64,000 nucleotides of DNA from Macrostomum lignano (Eukaryota): positions 1 through 64,000 of the forward strand of contig NIVC01002989.1 in assembly GCA_002269645.1 (NCBI GenBank), read 5' to 3'. How positions within the stretch are numbered: position 1 is the first letter of the stretch; each line of letters begins with the position of its first letter. The position numbers and the translations under genes are program-made. Below the pieces are notes generated by a model. That model ran no database searches. It was not told the DNA's origin and was given only the letters and a program-made list of their open reading frames with translations. Positions 61,464 through 64,000 of the stretch are shown here, in pieces.

Positions 61464-61630
61464 TGGCGGACAGACAGACAGACAGACTGACTGACTGACT
61501 GACTGACTGACTGACTGACTGACTGACAGACAGACAGACAGACAGACAGACAGGCAGGCAGACAGGCAGGCAGACAGGCAGGCAGACAGGCAGGCAGGCT
61601 GGCAGGCAGACAGACAGGCAGACAGACAGA
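61226..61630. repeat. Compound GACA/GACT/GGCA microsatellite
   Basis: Direct inspection. Confidence 0.95.
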
Positions 61631-61783
61631 ACGAAAGAACATCTTGCCAGAATTGAAGTCCTCTCTCCTTCACCCGTTGCAGCAAATTGCCTATTCAGCA
61701 CCGTCCTACCGACGGATTAAAGTCGAATAAACTGCAAATTCCTCGCACAGTTCATATCGTTAAATTCCAAGCTTCTCATTGGC

Positions 61784-63762
61784 ATGGCGTCAGCTACTTT
61801 TTCTATGCCGTCGCAGCCGCTCGGAGGAGGCGGCGGGAGCAGCGGTGGCGGCGGAACGTTCTCGCCGCTAACCATGTTCGAGTGCACAATATCCAGCGCC
61901 ACTATGCTCATTGACAACATGGCAGTGCGCGACCTGCTGCTGGCATTCCGCATTGTGGCGCAGCTGAACGGCCACCTCATGGAAGTGCTGGATCCCGCTG
62001 TGCAGCGGCTGGCGAGCGTGGCCGACGAGCACGCCTTGGTAAGAGAGGCGCTATTGCAATAATGCGCAATCTGAGATGAGTTCAGTATTGATTGGAGGTT
62101 TGGCAGTGTGTCCTGAGAGTTGGCAGTGTGTCCTGAGGCTTGGCAGTGTGTCCTGAGGCTTGGCAGTGTGTCCTGAGAGTTGGCAGTGTGTCCTGAGGGT
62201 TGGCAGTGTGTCCTGAGAGTTGGCAGTGTGTCCTGAGGCTTGGCAGTGTGTCCTGAGGCTTGGCAGTGTGTCCTGAGGGTTGGCAGTGTGTCCAGAGGGT
62301 TGGCAGTGTGTCCTGAGAGTTGGCAGTGTGTCCTGAGGCTTGGCAGTGTGTCCTGAGGCTTGGCAGTGTGTCCTGAGGGTTGGCAGTGTGTCCACAGGGT
62401 TGGCAGTGTGTCCTGAGAGTTGGCAGTGTGTCCTGAGGGTTGGCAGTGTGTCCTGAGGCTTGGCAGTGTGTCCTGAGAGTTGGCAGTGTGTCCTGAGGGT
62501 TGGCAGTGTGTCCTGAGGCTTGGCAGTGTGTCCTGAGAGTTGGCAGTGTGTCCTGAGGCTTGGCAGTGTGTCCTGAGGCTTGGCAGTGTGTCCTGAGGCT
62601 TGGCAGTGTGTCCTGAGGTTCGCACGCTACTGAGAAATCTTGCACCTACTATTAGCAGCATAAATGCAGTTGATTGTCAATCTCCATTCAACCTCTGCAC
62701 CTTCCAGTGCCCGCCGCCTCCGCCTGCCTTTGCTGATTCGTCGAGCACCTCGTCGAAGCCGGACAAAGCGGAGAAGCTGCTCATGCAGCAGCAGCAGCAG
62801 CAGCAGCAGTTCTCTCAGCCGGCGACATCAATGAAACTGGAGGCTTCAACGGCCGATTCCGACGACGACTGCGTGCTGATGGAGACGGACTTCATGCTGG
62901 ATCAGTCCGGCCTCGGAGGCAGCAGGCTGGGCGGCGGTCGCTCCCAGCAGGTGCTGATGGGCGCCGGCTTGTCTGGCCTGGCTGGCGACGACTCCGCACT
63001 CATGGGCGGCAGCGGCGGCGCCGGCAGCGGCGGTGTCGGCGAGCTGTCCAACGAGTGGAAAAGCGTGCTCAGGCGGGCCTATCGAGTGCTCAAAGACGAG
63101 ACTGGCAGCAACGTATTCGACTTTGCCCTGCCCTATTCGGCCAAGGCCAATGTGCAGGCGGCCAATCGGGTGATTGACAAGGCGCTAATGCTTGGCCGCG
63201 AGCGGCCGGCCAATCTGCAAGCCTGGCGCAGTGAGAATTTTCTAGCATTTTATTGAAATAAAACTACTTAGTATCAGTAGTACAATTTGCGTATTTAGTT
63301 AAAAACTAGAAATGATATTATAAAAGGGCGTTGCAGGGCCATCGCAAAGATGTGTGTTTGTGCATATTTAATGAGCTAAATATTAATTAGGCTAGCAAGG
63401 CGGGATTCGAACAATATTATTTGGCTTCGTTTCTCAACGTCTGGACAGAAAATTGTCCCCTCATTTTCTAGTATGTTAATAATTAACTAATTAACTCAAA
63501 CTAACTGCTTTTACCTTAAAAAAGTTAATGCTAATCAGAGCTTTAATGTTGATCCAATTTCGCCTGGAAAGTCTATCGTCAATAATTTAGGATAATTAAA
63601 GGAAACTTACACATTATCATAATATGAATAATCATGTTGCAACTGATGGCAGACAGCGCACTGAAGAACTACCTGAGAGTGTACTACAAGTCTACTCTAA
63701 AGCCTACTTATAAAAGATTCGAAGACGCCGCCAGGATGGCCGGTATAATGACGCTCTCCGTG
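61784..63762 (+). CDS. Paralogue B of 55671-58981, 3' incomplete; exons 61784-62038, 62708-63230, 63653-~63762
   Basis: N-terminal domain 26/56 identical to A without gaps; LSNEWKSVLRRAYRVL...VFDFALPYSAKANVQAA matches A; same phase-1 intron after W-R/K; next exon YLRVYYKSTLKPTY matches A's YLEQWYRKTLKPTH. Confidence 0.8.
62098..62617. repeat. 20-bp minisatellite (TTGGCAGTGTGTCCTGAGRS) in paralogue B intron 1
   Basis: Direct inspection. Confidence 0.95.
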
Positions 63763-64000
63763 GTAAGGATGAGGGAACCATAGGCAACATATCTTTCAAA
63801 TTCACCTTGGAACTCAATAGGAATCATTGGAGAGCTATGATATTTTTATATTGTACAAGTTTAAACGACTCACATGAGCTTTTGGAGATGAAGCGCCGTA
63901 CTAGCTTGTCCGAAGATTTTGATTGGTTTGCCGAATTTCGATGCGGTAAGCAAAGTCCGGATGATGAGGGGCGCAGCTTCCTGTTCGGGCCTTGGTTTAG

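Noticed and set aside
63850-64000. Possible fourth exon of paralogue B (MKRRTSL resembling A's SQRRRSL)
   Set aside because: Only weak GAG acceptors give the right phase and the window ends here; left unannotated

Overview
Eukaryotic (animal) genomic DNA: GC-rich coding exons with GT-AG introns, separated by many unrelated mini- and microsatellite arrays. This pattern suggests a free-living flatworm such as Macrostomum lignano (inference only). Well-supported genes: an intronless LAMMER/CLK kinase (probably 2424-4183 with a 1-nt frameshift), a 2-exon KChIP-type calcium sensor (minus strand), a disordered protein ending in CaaX, a divergent 2-exon 7TM receptor, a compact SMARCC/Swi3-like subunit, and a tandem pair of paralogues sharing an unrecognised N-terminal domain and a C14orf93/DUF4616-like C-terminal domain. 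Mobile DNA: a full-length 5.75-kb LOA/R1-type LINE with a 14-bp TSD, a tRNA-derived CORE-like SINE, hAT and Tc1/mariner MITEs and a probable Helitron relic. No rRNA, true tRNA or CRISPR array is visible. Top leads: the paralogue pair, whose paralogue-specific introns are the minisatellite-filled ones; a helical E/K-rich ORF emerging from a minisatellite; a small ORF with a faint YcgL-like signature; and the complete LOA-type LINE head-to-head with the GPCR. Several 1-nt frameshifts may be assembly errors. Family assignments come from recalled motifs, not database searches.
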